DNA of 64,000 nt from Eledone cirrhosa (GCA_964016885.1 OZ024766.1:6510001-6574000); one strand, 5' to 3'; numbered from the stretch's first letter, positions 27,747 to 40,488 are shown. Made by a program: numbers and translations. The notes: generated by a model from the sequence alone, not told the origin.

Positions 27747-28087
27747 GGAGGCACATGGTTTAGTGGTTAGAGCATTGGCCTTGCAATCGAAAGGTTGTGA
27801 GTTCAATTCTCAGACCGGGTGATGTGTTGTTTCCTTGAGCAAGAGACTTTATTTCACATTGCTCCAGTTTACTCAGCTGTAGAAATGAGATGATAGGGAC
27901 TGGGGTCCCTATCATTCCACGGCAAAGTGGTCGTGGAGGTGCCACGGCAAAAAAAGCACCCAGCACTCACTGTAAATGAGGTTGGTGTTAGGAAGGGCAT
28001 CCAGCTGTAGAAATCAAGCCAGAATCAGTTCCCGTCCCACCCTTGCAAGCAGGGAAAAGTGGACGTAAAATGATGATGATGATGATG
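27747..28087 (+). mobile_element. SINE family A, full length
   Basis: GGAGGCACATGG head to (GAT)n tail, preceded by (TA)n. Confidence 0.88.
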
Positions 28088-28327
28088 AATCCATGCTAAC
28101 ATGGGTTAGACGAGTTTGTCCCAATTTGAGGCAAGTTGGGTCGAGTGACCGTGTCTCGCTCATATAGGAGAGTATCTGGCTGGTTTTCTACGGCTGGATG
28201 CCCTTCCTAACGCCCAACCACACTTACAGTGTGTGCTGGGTACTTTTTGTTGTGACCCCTACACGATGTACACTGTCTATATTTTAATTATTTTAAAAAA
28301 ATTATATAAAAAAAAATAAATTAAAAA

Positions 28328-28358
<31 letters not shown>

Positions 28359-28579
28359 TAAAAAGAAAATTATATTTTAATTATTTTAAAAAAATTATAT
28401 AAAAAATTATATAAAAAAAAAATAAATAAATAAATAAATAAAAAGAAAATTATATTTTAATTATTTAAAAATTGTTTTTAAGTGAACATGACCCACTTAT
28501 TAAGAAAATAAACATTAAAACAAACCCCTAAAACTGATGTACATGGGATTGATATCTCTGTTAATTTCTGTTTTTCCAG

Positions 28580-28683
28580 GGTCCCTTCTTTGACTATAGA
28601 TGGGCTCACGTTGAATGCTGTGCCCTATGAATATCAGAAGGTGGAACTGAAAACCGACATAATTATTGGATATGACTTTTCAG
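28580..28683 (+). CDS. Exon 9, LamG3 (SLTIDG...IIIGYDFS)
   Basis: tccag| and G|gtacgt; phase 2-1. Confidence 0.85.
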
Positions 28684-28859
28684 GTACGTGAATTTGTGGT
28701 GGTGTATGTATGTATGTATGTATGTATGTATGTATGTATGTATGTATGTATGTGTGCATTTTTGGGGTGTTTATGTCTATATATATATATTATGTCTATA
28801 TATATATATAGATGGAGGCACATGGCTTAGTGGTTAGAGCATTGGCCTTGCAATCGAAA

Positions 28860-29490
28860 ATGCAACTGGAGTCTTATTTTAAAAAAAATATATATATATT
28901 TATTTGGTTCCTTTACCAGTTTCGCAGTTCTTCTTCTTTTCAAAAGTAGAGTTGAGATGGAGGGTCTGTGGTTTTTATATATATATATATGTGGAGGTAC
29001 ATGGCTTAGTGGTTAGAGCATTGGCCTTGCAATCGAAAGGTTGTGAGTTCAATTCTCAGACCGGGTGATGTGTTGTTTCCTTGAGCAAGACACTTTATTT
29101 CACATTGCTCTAGTTTACTCAGCTGTAGAAATGAGATGATAGGGACTGGGGTCCCTATCATTCCACTGTAAAGTGGTCGTGGAGGTGCCACGGCAAAATA
29201 GCACCCAGCACTCACTGTAAATGAGGTTGGTGTTAGGAAGGGCATCCAGCTGTAGAAATCAAGCCAGAATCAGTTCCCGTCCCACCCTTGCAAGCAGGGA
29301 AAAGCGGACGTAAAATGAAATGATGATGATGATGAATGATATATATCTGTGGTTTTTCTCACAGATGTGAGAAAAACCACAGACCCTCCATCTCAACTCT
29401 ACTTTTGAAAAGAAGAAGAACTATGAAACTGGTAAAGGAACCAAATAAATATATATATTTTTTTAAAAATAAGACTCCAGTTGCATTTTC
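28860..29490. repeat. Inverted repeat (~115-bp arms) with SINE A in the spacer
   Basis: tgcaactggagtctt...ctgtggttttt versus aaaaaccacag...aagactccagttgca. Confidence 0.85.
28993..29335 (+). mobile_element. SINE family A, full length
   Basis: Same head, body and tail as the other copies. Confidence 0.88.
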
Positions 29491-29569
29491 GATTTCATCT
29501 TTTTTTCTTTATACTTTCACTCGTGTAGGACACCTCGGTTATTTCTCATTTTGTAAAAAAACACCTCAC

Positions 29570-29597
<28 letters not shown>

Positions 29598-29602
<5 letters not shown>

Positions 29603-29690
29603 ATAAAATAACAGGAAGCTGGACATGTGTAAATCCTTGAAACCTTTCGAGGATTTACACCAGTCCAGCCTCCTGTTATTTTATTATAAT
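29598..29690. repeat. Short palindrome, ~40-bp arms
   Basis: taataaaataacagga.gctggac...gtccagc.tcctgttattttatta. Confidence 0.8.
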
Positions 29691-30210
29691 ATTTTACTCC
29701 GTACTAGCACCACCAACTACACAAACGAAGACAGTTGAGCTGCTTTACGTTGAGTACTCTCCATATTATTACATCAAGATTGACCATACGGAATGACCAG
29801 TTCTATCCAGTGGTGAACCTTCAAACCTAAATAAATAAATATATATATATATAGGATTAAAATACTGGAGCGTGTTGAAGTTAAACACCCTCTTCGTATT
29901 ATAGAAATGACAGTAAAAGGTATAGCTCAATGTAATTAAACAGAGCCGAAGAATTATAAAGTAAAACAAAGAAGCCTTCAATACATCAAAAGTCTTTATT
30001 AACCAACAATCGGTTTCAACACACGTTTTCAGATAAAGAATCTTGCTAAACAAATTCAGAAACGATATATATATGTAGATAAATCTACCAAGAGTTTACG
30101 GTAGTGTCCAATCCGTATGAAGAACTCAATGTAATCCGGATATCATGGAAAGAAGAGATGCATTAAAAAATCACTTTCGGTGAAAGATAAACGGAATACA
30201 GAGTCAAGAT

Positions 30211-30608
30211 AAAATATTTAAAAAATAATGAATAAAACAATGAAACAGTTCCTTATATTAAACAAAAAAAGTTCATTATTTAACGATCGTTTCTAGGACA
30301 TATATGTGTTAGAATTGGCATGCATACTCAACAGATCTATGTACAAAATTATACAAACTATCAAATTTAATATACATACCAACACATACATATGCCGTCT
30401 TCAGAAATAAAGATTATTTCTGAAGACGGCATATGTATGTGTTGGTATGTATATTAAATTTGATAGTTTGTATAATTTTGTACATAGATCTGTTGAGTAT
30501 GCATGCCAATTCTAACACATATATGTCCTAGAAACGATCGTTAAATAATGAACTTTTTTTGTTTAATATAAGGAACTGTTTCATTGTTTTATTCATTATT
30601 TTTTTAAT

Positions 30609-30614
<6 letters not shown>
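30211..30614. repeat. Near-perfect palindrome, ~200-bp arms, 3-nt loop (30411-30413)
   Basis: Centre ...gccgtcttcagaaataa-aga-ttatttctgaagacggc... Confidence 0.92.
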
Positions 30615-30640
<26 letters not shown>

Positions 30641-31450
30641 AATATATAATATTAAGGATACTATTTATAGTTATGTATATTTTAAATCATAAACAGGGAA
30701 GGTCAGTAATTTATTACTACCTTATTACCAGTAAGATAAATAGCTCAATGTAATAACATCAGTTGTTCTACAGAGCAGTTATATAGAATTCACAAGAATC
30801 AAAGCTATGTTCAAAGCATTTATTCACTTACAATTGTTTCATCCAAACCTAGGCTTGGAGTCTTCGGAGCATTTTTCAATGTTTGTACATATAATTGACC
30901 TCCTATTCAACGCAAGAGACATACAGATGAATATATATATATATTGAGTGACATATATTATACTATATTTGTACAGCAATTCAAAATCAAAGTATAACAT
31001 ATCATCATCATCATCATCATCAACGTTTAACGTCCGTGTTCCACGCTTGCATGGGTTTGGACGGAGCTAGTCCCACTTGAGGCAAGAGTGATTGTCTTGC
31101 TCGCATAGGACTGTCTGGCAGGTTTTCTACAGTTGGATGCCCTTCCTAACACCAACCACATTTACAGTGTGGGTCTGGGAGGTTTTTACTGTGTTGCCTA
31201 CACGGCCACATTACAGTGTGGACTGTGTGTTTTTTGTTGTGACACCTACACGATCTCATTTGTTTCGGCCTGGATGGTGTGGCACCAACACAACTTTACA
31301 TAGAACGGGGTGGTGGGACGGGGGGAGGGGGGTATTTTGTTAGAGATGCCTACTGGCTGTAGTAGGTTTTACTATGTATTTAGGTAAGGCGGGTCTTCTC
31401 TGTTACTGAGTACCGCCAAAGGTCATATATATATATATATATATATATTA

Positions 31451-31488
31451 GCCAACAATGTTTCATCCTATTAAGGACTCATCAGGGC
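31451..31488 (-). ncRNA. Minimal type-I hammerhead motif
   Basis: GCC-CUGAUGA-GUCCU(uaau)AGGAU-GAAAC-auu-GUU-GGC. Confidence 0.6.
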
Positions 31489-31766
31489 AATTAAAACAAC
31501 AACAAGAAGTATTATCGGCCAATACAAGCCAATAATATATATATATTTAAATACACCATCTCAACCATCACTACCAAATCAACTTTTCAAATAGAAGTCG
31601 AAGTTGAAAGGTATGTCGAATCTATCTATTTATAAGACTGTTTATATTGTATTTTGTCTGAGGAAGGCATAACATATTTTTAATATGATATCCCTGAAAT
31701 ATATATAATGAAATAAATATGGTTTTATAAATATAGTTTCCATTTATTTAATATCGTAAATATACT

Positions 31767-32112
31767 GGAGGCACATGGCTTAGTGGTTAGAGCATTGGCC
31801 TTGCAATCAAAAGGTTGTGAGTTCAATTCTCAGACCGGGTGATGTGTTGTTTCCTTGAGCAAGGCACTTTATTTCACATTGCTCCAGTTTACTCAGCTGT
31901 AGAAATGAGATGATAGGGACTGGGGTCCCTATCATTCCACTGTAAAGTGGTCGTGGAGGTGCCACGGCAAAAAAGCACCCAGCACTCACTGTAAATGAGG
32001 TTGGTGTTAGGAAGGGCATCCAGCTGTAGAAATCAAGCCAGAATCAGTTCCCGTCCCACCCTTGCAGGCAGGGAAAAGTGGACGTAAAATGAGATGATGA
32101 TGAGATGATGAT
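31767..32112 (+). mobile_element. SINE family A, full length
   Basis: Same head, body and tail as the other copies. Confidence 0.88.
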
Positions 32113-32229
32113 ACTCCAAATACTTGTTGAGTGCTTTTATATCAGTTATAAATATTTACTCGTTGTTAACCCAACAATTTAAATAAAACTTTGCATATAT
32201 ATTTAAATACACCATCTCATATATTTCAG

Positions 32230-32466
32230 TTAAAATGGGATTCATGGGCTGTGTCCGTAATGTCTACCTCCACGGACAGGAGATTGATCTGATAGCCATT
32301 GTTCATTCTGCGGCAGCAAATGGACTTCAACTGGACGGGTGCCCCCTTAAGGACTTCTGTAAACAACACATGATATGTGAACACAACAGCAAATGTGTCT
32401 CTGACTGGGATGGTATGCACTGTGACTGTACTGGTACTGGCTATGTTGGTGACACTTGTCATTTTG
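32230..32466 (+). CDS. Exon 10, end of LamG3 plus EGF2 (GFMGCVRNV...CEHNSKC...CDCTGTGYVGDTCHF)
   Basis: ttcag| and G|gtaagt; the CxCxGTGYxGxTCH motif is typical of Caspr/axotactin. Confidence 0.92.
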
Positions 32467-32917
32467 GTAAGTTTGGGGGGGTTTTTTTTCTACTTCTGTG
32501 TTTGTCTGTCTGTCTGTCTGTCTGTCTCTCTGTGAGTCTGTCTGTCTGTTTGTCTGTTTGTCTGTCATATCTATATAAATATATATATATATATATAGTA
32601 TATATGTATGTATATATATATATGTATATATATATATTATATATATAGTATATATATTATATATATGTATATATATATATTATATATATAGTATATATAT
32701 AGTATATATATTATATATATATAGTATATATATTATATATATATAGTATATATATTATATATATATAGTATATATATTATATATATATATAGTATATATA
32801 TTATATATATATATAGTATATATATTATATATATATAGTATATATAGTATCTATATATATAATATACATCATCTTCATTTAATGTCCATCTTCCATGCTA
32901 GCATGCGTTAGACGGGA

Positions 32918-32953
<36 letters not shown>

Positions 32954-33003
32954 TCTATATATATATAATACTTATATATATATATATAATATATATATAT
33001 AGA

Positions 33004-33071
<68 letters not shown>

Positions 33072-33149
33072 TATAGATACTATATATATATATATATATA
33101 ATATATATATAGATACTATATATATATATATATATAATATATATATAGA

Positions 33150-33223
<74 letters not shown>

Positions 33224-33310
33224 GTAATAATAATAAATTTGAAGACTAAAATCCAAAGAGGGCTCGATAAGGATAAATATATATCAAATATATAAGAACC
33301 CTAGAGGAAA

Positions 33311-33760
33311 TATTTATTAAAATAACAGATTAAAGTTTAAGCAAAGAATCGCTGCTTTCACCCTTAACGGGATCTTCTGAAACTAAAAAAAAAAAATCAA
33401 TCTGTGAACGTAGAAGTAAATATTTCGAAAAACGTTGCAACCGAAGGAAAACAGGAAGACGATACTTTGGTTCGTGGAGTACGACTTCATTTATACCATA
33501 AACATGGTTTTGTCTTTGCGTGTTTTTGTTCTCATCGCTCCATATAACGTTTTATCTTCGCTTTTTTCCGTTCATTGCCAGGGAACGTCTTCACAAACCA
33601 AAGTATCGTCTTCCTGTTTTCCTTCGGTTGCAACGTTTTTCGAAATATTTACTTCTGCGTTCACAGATTGATTTTTTTTTTTAGTTTCAGAAGATCCCGT
33701 TAAGGGTGAAAGCAGCGATTCTTTGCTTAAACTATAATCTGTTATTTTAATAAATAAATA
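33311..33760. repeat. Inverted repeat, ~160-bp arms, ~125-bp spacer
   Basis: aagcaaagaatcgctgctttcacc... versus ...ggtgaaagcagcgattctttgctt. Confidence 0.9.
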
Positions 33761-33837
33761 TATATATATATATATATATATATGCAAAAGTTCTATTTAA
33801 ATTGGGATACAACAAGCAAATATTTTTATATATATAT

Positions 33838-34172
33838 GGAGGCACATGGCTTAGTGGTTAGAGCATTGGCCTTGCAATCGAAAGGTTGTGAGTTCAATTC
33901 TCAGACCGGGTGATGTGTTGTTTCCTTGAGCAAGACACTTTATTTCACATTGCTCCAGTTTACTCAGCTGTAGAAATGAGAGGATAGGGACTCCAGTCTC
34001 TATCATTCCACTGCAAAGTGGTCGTGGAGGTGCCACGGCAAAAAAGCACCCAGCACTCACTGTAAATGAGGTTGGTGTTAGGAAGGGCATCCAGCTGTAG
34101 AAATCAAGCCAGAATCGGTTCCCGTCCCACCCTTGCAAGCAGGGAAAAGTGGACGTAAAATGAAATGAAATG
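33838..34172 (+). mobile_element. SINE family A, full length
   Basis: Same head, body and tail as the other copies. Confidence 0.88.
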
Positions 34173-34257
34173 ATATATAACAAAGGAAATGTGGTAAGGA
34201 ACCAGATGGACCATAACACACCAGAGTACTCAATACTTAGGGTAGTAGAGTGGGAAA

Positions 34258-34528
34258 TAGGAAAAAGTATGACCCCGACGGCACAGCTCAAGCCGTTTCG
34301 ACGGCTATTTCTGGACTATTAGAGTCCAGAAAAATAGCCGTCGAAACGGCTTGAGCTCTGCCGTCGGGACATACTTTTTCCTATATATATATATATATAT
34401 ATATATAGGAAAAAGTATGTCCCCGATGGCAGAGCTCAAGCCTTTTCGACAGCTATTTATGGACTATTAGAGTCCAGAAAAATAGCCGTCGAAACGGCTT
34501 GAGCTGTGCCGTCGGGGACATACCTTTT

Positions 34529-34574
<46 letters not shown>

Positions 34575-34693
34575 AAAAAGTATGTCCCCGGCGGCAGAGC
34601 TCAAGCCGTTTCGACGGCTATTTATGGACTATTAGAGTCCAGAAAAATAGCCGTCGAAACGGCTTGAGCTCTGCCGTCGGGGACATACCTTTT

Positions 34694-34743
<50 letters not shown>

Positions 34744-34862
34744 AAAAAGTATGACCCCGACGGCAGAGCTCAAGCCGTTTCGACGGCTATTTATGGACTA
34801 TTAGAGTCCAGAAAAATAGCCGTCGAAACGGCTTGAGCTCTGCCGTCGGGGACATACTTTTT

Positions 34863-34867
<5 letters not shown>
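34258..34867. repeat. Four tandem ~125-bp palindromes separated by (TA)n
   Basis: taggaaaaagtatg...aagccgtttcgacggctattt...aaatagccgtcgaaacggctt...catac.ttttccta, four times. Confidence 0.92.
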
Positions 34868-34927
<60 letters not shown>

Positions 34928-35002
34928 TACAACTATAGCTACTACTACCCCCCCCCTCCTCCCCTCTCACTCTCTCTCAAATCTCACTCCCCTCTTCTGC
35001 AG

Positions 35003-35279
35003 CGAAATATTACCGCAATTGTTACGACTACTTCCTGGCTGGGATGAGAAAGTCCGGCGTCTACCTAGCTGACCTCGACGGCAACGGGCCGCTACCCCCG
35101 ACCTTCATCAACTGTGACATGGCCTCGGCGAAGCAGGTGCCCTCCGAAGGCGGTGGCGCTAGTAGCCATATTGACGGGGAGCCCGTCCATGGTGTCATGG
35201 TGGTCAACCACAACATGGAGAACAACTACACTGTCCAGTCGGAGAAATTACCTGACCTGAAGATAATCATTAGCTACAG
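35003..35279 (+). CDS. Exon 11, fibrinogen-like domain start
   Basis: tgcag| and AG|gtgaga; YRNCYDY...SGVYLADLDGNGPLPP. Confidence 0.92.
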
Positions 35280-35385
35280 GTGAGAAAATATATCATATAC
35301 ATACATATATACACTCACCTATATATATATATAATATATATATAATATATAATTATATATAATTATATATATTATATATATATAT

Positions 35386-35417
<32 letters not shown>

Positions 35418-35637
35418 GATGGATATATATATATATATATAATATATATGTATATATAATATATAATATCTATATATATAAAATATATAATTATATATAA
35501 TTATATATATTATATATATATACATATATTATATATGTATATATATATTATATATAATATATATATATATATATATTATATATAATATATATATATATAT
35601 ATATTATATATTATATATATATATATATTATATATAT

Positions 35638-35668
<31 letters not shown>

Positions 35669-35697
35669 TATATATTATATAATATATATATATATAT

Positions 35698-35835
<138 letters not shown>

Positions 35836-35861
35836 GATATATATATATATATAATATATAT

Positions 35862-35988
<127 letters not shown>

Positions 35989-36040
35989 TATATATATATA
36001 ATATATATATATATATATAATATATATATATATATATAAT

Positions 36041-36083
<43 letters not shown>

Positions 36084-36168
36084 TATATTATATATAATAT
36101 AATAGTTCTCACCACCTCCGCCCATGTTTTTCGTGGTCTACCTGTCTGTCTATCTATCTATGAATCCA

Positions 36169-36202
<34 letters not shown>

Positions 36203-36207
<5 letters not shown>

Positions 36208-36432
36208 CAAAATGTTAATAAATGAAAAATATTCTCATAATCAAAATATATATTTTATTATACATATTTCAAAGGTACAATGGTGTTTAAGTACGTTTAC
36301 ATCAGACAAAAATTCATCAGACATTTTGTCTGATGAAAACGTACTTAAACAACATTGTACCTTTGAAATATGTATAATAAAATATATATTTTGATTATGA
36401 GAATATTTTTCATTTATTAACATTTTGAATAA
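36203..36432. repeat. Palindrome, ~107-bp arms
   Basis: The two strands give nearly the same ORF in the track; the centre carries CTGATGA. Confidence 0.92.
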
Positions 36433-36559
36433 TATTAAAAACTCCAGGAAAATCCGCTGTTGAGTGCTTCTAATCTATTGTAATAATGTATTCGCTGAGT
36501 AATCAAAATCAACGAACCATATTAATCTTTGGTTATATATATATATATTTATATATATA

Positions 36560-36607
<48 letters not shown>

Positions 36608-36630
36608 TGTTGTTGTTGTTTCTGTTGTAG

Positions 36631-36723
36631 AGACATGAGTAAAGAACATCTAGCCCTACTCTCCTCTCAGTCAGCCGCTTGTGAACAGGAGATTGAATAC
36701 AAATGTTATGACTTCCCTTTAAG
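36631..36723 (+). CDS. Exon 12, fibrinogen-like (SAACEQEIEYKC)
   Basis: tgtag| and AG|gtaatg; phase 2-2; CEQxIxYxC motif. Confidence 0.88.
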
Positions 36724-36789
36724 GTAATGTAAAAGTCTAGTGTCACTCTAGGGTCTGGCAGCTCATTGGGCTGGTACTTATTCTGACTT

Positions 36790-38470
36790 CCGTGGTATTC
36801 AGTGACTGAATGTACAAGACTTCCTCCCTGACAGGACACCAGTCCACCACAGGGTTAAAGTCTGTCTTAGTTTCATTGGTGTTAAGTGACTGAGAGTACA
36901 AGACTTCCTCCCTGACAGGACACCAGTCCATGACAGGGTTAAAGTCTGTCTTAGTTTCATTGGTGTTAAGTGACTGAATGTACAAGACTTCCTCCCTGAC
37001 AGGACACCAGTCCATCACAGGGTTAAAGTCTGTCTTAGTTTCATTGGTGTTAAGTGACTGAGAGTACAAGACTTCCCCCTGGACAGGACACCAGTCCATC
37101 ACAGGGTTAAAGTCTGTCTTAGTTTCATTGGTGTTAAGTGACTGAGAGTACAAGACTTACCCTTGGACAGGACACCAGTCCATCACAGGGTTAAAGTCTG
37201 TCTTAGTTTCATTGGTGTTAAGTGACTGAGAGTACAAGACTTCCCTCTGGACAGGACACCAGTCCATCACAGGGTTAAAGTCTGTCTTAGTTTCATTGGT
37301 GTTAAGTGACTGAGAGTACAAGACTTCCCCTTGGACAGGACACCAGTCCATCACAGGGTTAAAGTCTGTCTTAGTTTCATTGGTGTTAAGTGACTGAGAG
37401 TACAAGACTCCCCCTGGACAGGACACCAGTCCACCACAGGGTTAAAGTCTGTCTTAGTTTCATTGGTGTTAAGTGACTGACAGTACAAGACTTCCCTCTG
37501 GACAGGACACCAGTCCATCACAGGGTTAAAGTCTGTCTTAGTTTCATTGGTGTTAAGTGACTGACAGTACAAGACTTCCCCCTGGACAGGACACCAGTCC
37601 ATCACAGGGTTAAAGTCTGTCTTAGTTTCATTGGTGTTAAGTGACTGAGAGTACAAGACTTCCCTCTGGACAGGACACCAGTCCATCACAGGGTTAAAGT
37701 CTGTCTTAGTTTCACTGGTGTTAAGTGACTGAGAGTACAAGACACCCGCTGGACAGGATACCAGTCCACCACAGGGTTAAAGTCTGTCTTAGTTTCATTG
37801 GTGTTAAGTGACTGAGAGTACAAGACTTCCCCCTGGACAGGACACCAGTCCATCACAGGGTTAAAGTCTGTCTTAGTTTCATTGGTGTTAAGTGACTGAG
37901 AGTACAAGACTTCCCCCTGGACAGGACACCAGTCCATCACAGGGTTAAAGTCTGTCTTAGTGTCATTGGTGTTAAGTGACTGAGAGTACAAGACTTCCCC
38001 CTAGACAGGACACCAGTCCATCACAGGGTTAAAGTCTGTCTTAGTTTCATTGGTGTTAAGTGACTGACAGTACAAGACTTCCTCCCTGACAGGACACCAG
38101 TCCACACAGGGTTAAAGTCTGTCTTAGTTTCATTGGTGTTAAGTGACTGACAGTACAAGACTTCCCTCTGGACAGGACACCAGTCCATCACAGGGTTAAA
38201 GTCTGTCTTAGTTTCATTGGTGTTAAGTGACTGAGAGTACAAGACTTCCCCCTGGACAGGACACCAGTCCATCACAGGGTTAAAGTCTGTCTTAGTTTCA
38301 TTGGTGTTAAGTGACTGAGAGTACAAGACTTCCCCCTGGACAGGACACCAGTCCACCACAGGGTTAAAGTCTGTCTTAGTTTCATTGGTGTTAAGTGACT
38401 GAGAGTACAAGACTCCCCCTGGACAGGACACCAGTCCATCACAGGGTTAAAGTCTGTCTTAGTTTCATTG
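36790..38470. repeat. ~20 x 84-bp minisatellite
   Basis: Unit gtacaagacttccccctggacaggacaccagtccatcacagggttaaag... Confidence 0.92.
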
Positions 38471-38748
38471 GTGGTAATGAAAGGGTTAAAGAGTTAAAGA
38501 GTTTATATTTATCTGAAAACCTTCCATCATAATTTTATGTAAGAACCTTCATTAAGTTATGTTCCAAACACCATCTTAAAGTGTTTATATTTATCTAAGA
38601 ACCTTCCATCATAATTTTATGTAAGAACCTTTGTTAAGTTACATTCCAAACACCAGCGTATTAATGAGAAAGTTAGTTATATTACTATGTATATTCGTCT
38701 AAATTTATATTTAGTTAGCTCAGCACTGGTCTTCTCTAATCATCTCTC

Positions 38749-38785
<37 letters not shown>

Positions 38786-38815
38786 CAATCCAACCACGAC
38801 AACCACCACTACCAG

Positions 38816-38952
38816 ACTCGGCGAGAATTTATGGTTCAAGTCTGCTCAGGAAGTGATAGTGAAGTCCATAGCAACACCGACAAATGGGTCCTGCCCTTGT
38901 TCTTTGGACCGGTCCTGCGTTAACCCCTACACCAAGTGCAACTGTGACCAGC
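38816..38952 (+). CDS. Exon 13, fibrinogen-like (CPCSLDRSCVNPYTKCNCD)
   Basis: accag| and C|gtgagt; phase 2-1; Caspr-family CxC...C...CNCD motif. Confidence 0.88.
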
Positions 38953-39155
38953 GTGAGTAAACACCTCTCTCTTTCTCTGTCTCTCTCTCTCTCTCTCTCT
39001 GTTTTTCTCTATCTCTCTCTGTCTTTCTGTCTCTCTCTCTCTGTGTCTTTCTGTCTCTCTCTCTGTCTTTCTGTCTCTTTCTCTCTATGTCTTTGTCTCT
39101 CTATCTCTGTCTCTCTATCTCTGTCTCTCCCTCTCTCTATATTTTTCTCTCTTTC

Positions 39156-39202
<47 letters not shown>

Positions 39203-39255
39203 CTCTCTGTCCCTCTTTGTCTCTATCTTTCTCTCTTGTTCCCTCTTTCTGTTTA

Positions 39256-39286
<31 letters not shown>

Positions 39287-39729
39287 CTCTCTGTCCCTCT
39301 TTGTCTCTATCTTTCTCTCTTGTTCCCTCTTTCTGTTTATCTCTCTCTCTCTCTCCCTCCTCTCTCTCTCTCCCTCCTCTCTCTCTCTCCCTCCTCTCTC
39401 TCTCCCTCCTCTCTCTCTCTCCCTCCTCTCTCTCTGTCTCTCTCTCTGTCTCTCTCTCTGTCTCTCTCTCTGTCTCTCTCTGTCTGTTTCTCTCTCTCTT
39501 TTTGACTCTCTCTCTGTATGTATGTGTATATATATATATATATATATACACATACATACATACAGAGAGAGAGAGAGAATCAGACAGAGAGAGTCCAGAA
39601 TTAGCCGTCGAAACGGCTTGAGCTCTGCCGTCGGGGTCCTACTCGTTCCCATTACCCACTCGACTACCCTAAGTATTGAGTACTCTGGTGGGTTATGGTC
39701 CACCTGGTCCCTTACCACATTTCCTTCGT

Positions 39730-39760
<31 letters not shown>

Positions 39761-39930
39761 TTTTTGTTTTTAGAATCCAACGTCAATAAATACACCAGGA
39801 TTTTTTTCATTCTGATGATTGAAAGCAACATTTTTTTGCTTTTAAGAAACCACTGGTAAATGGAATAATAGCCTTATGTTGTTTATTACATAACTATATA
39901 TATATATATATATATTCATGTGTGTTTCAG

Positions 39931-40074
39931 GACAAGGAATCTGGTTGAATGACGCTGGGTTGATTCAAAACAAAGAACAAGTCCCTATTACTCATATTTA
40001 TGCTGAGAGACATGGAGACATTCCACATGGAATTGGTACAGTCAGTCTTGGTCCCTTGAGATGTTGGGGAGACA
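39931..40074 (+). CDS. Exon 14, end of fibrinogen-like domain (WLNDAG...LGPLRCWGD)
   Basis: ttcag| and A|gtaagt; phase 1-1. Confidence 0.92.
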
Positions 40075-40114
40075 GTAAGTATTCATACACTATCTATCAG
40101 TATACATACATATA

Positions 40115-40175
<61 letters not shown>

Positions 40176-40326
40176 ATACTTTGGGAGGGTCATGTTGCCA
40201 ATAAGAAACACACGCACCAGTTGCTTTCACTTCAATTTAATTTATTAAATATTTATAAATTTACAAATTTATAAATTTCTGGTTGGTTGGTTGGTTCCAC
40301 AACCAGATAGTTGTTTATATATATAT

Positions 40327-40371
40327 AGTCATAGTTCTTTCGTCACACACTCTGTGACCTCTTCAGTGACT
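40327..40371 (-). ncRNA. Mirror copy of the same hammerhead motif
   Basis: Exact reverse complement of 40444-40488 in the other palindrome arm. Confidence 0.7.
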
Positions 40372-40443
40372 GGGGATTTCTTTCTTCGTTTCTGTGCCTT
40401 CCCTTTCTTCTATCCTACGCCATTTTGTAAGAAAGAAATCCCC

Positions 40444-40488
40444 AGTCACTGAAGAGGTCACAGAGTGTGTGACGAAAGAACTATGACT
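40444..40488 (+). ncRNA. Minimal type-I hammerhead ribozyme motif
   Basis: AGUCA-CUGAAGA-G-GUCAC(agagugu)GUGAC-GAAA-G-aa-C-UA-UGACU: 5-bp stem I, 5-6-bp stem II, 2-bp stem III. Confidence 0.7.

Noticed and set aside
27747-27820. tRNA-like sequence with A and B boxes (many copies)
   Set aside because: SINE heads continuing into a shared body and tail; not stand-alone tRNA genes
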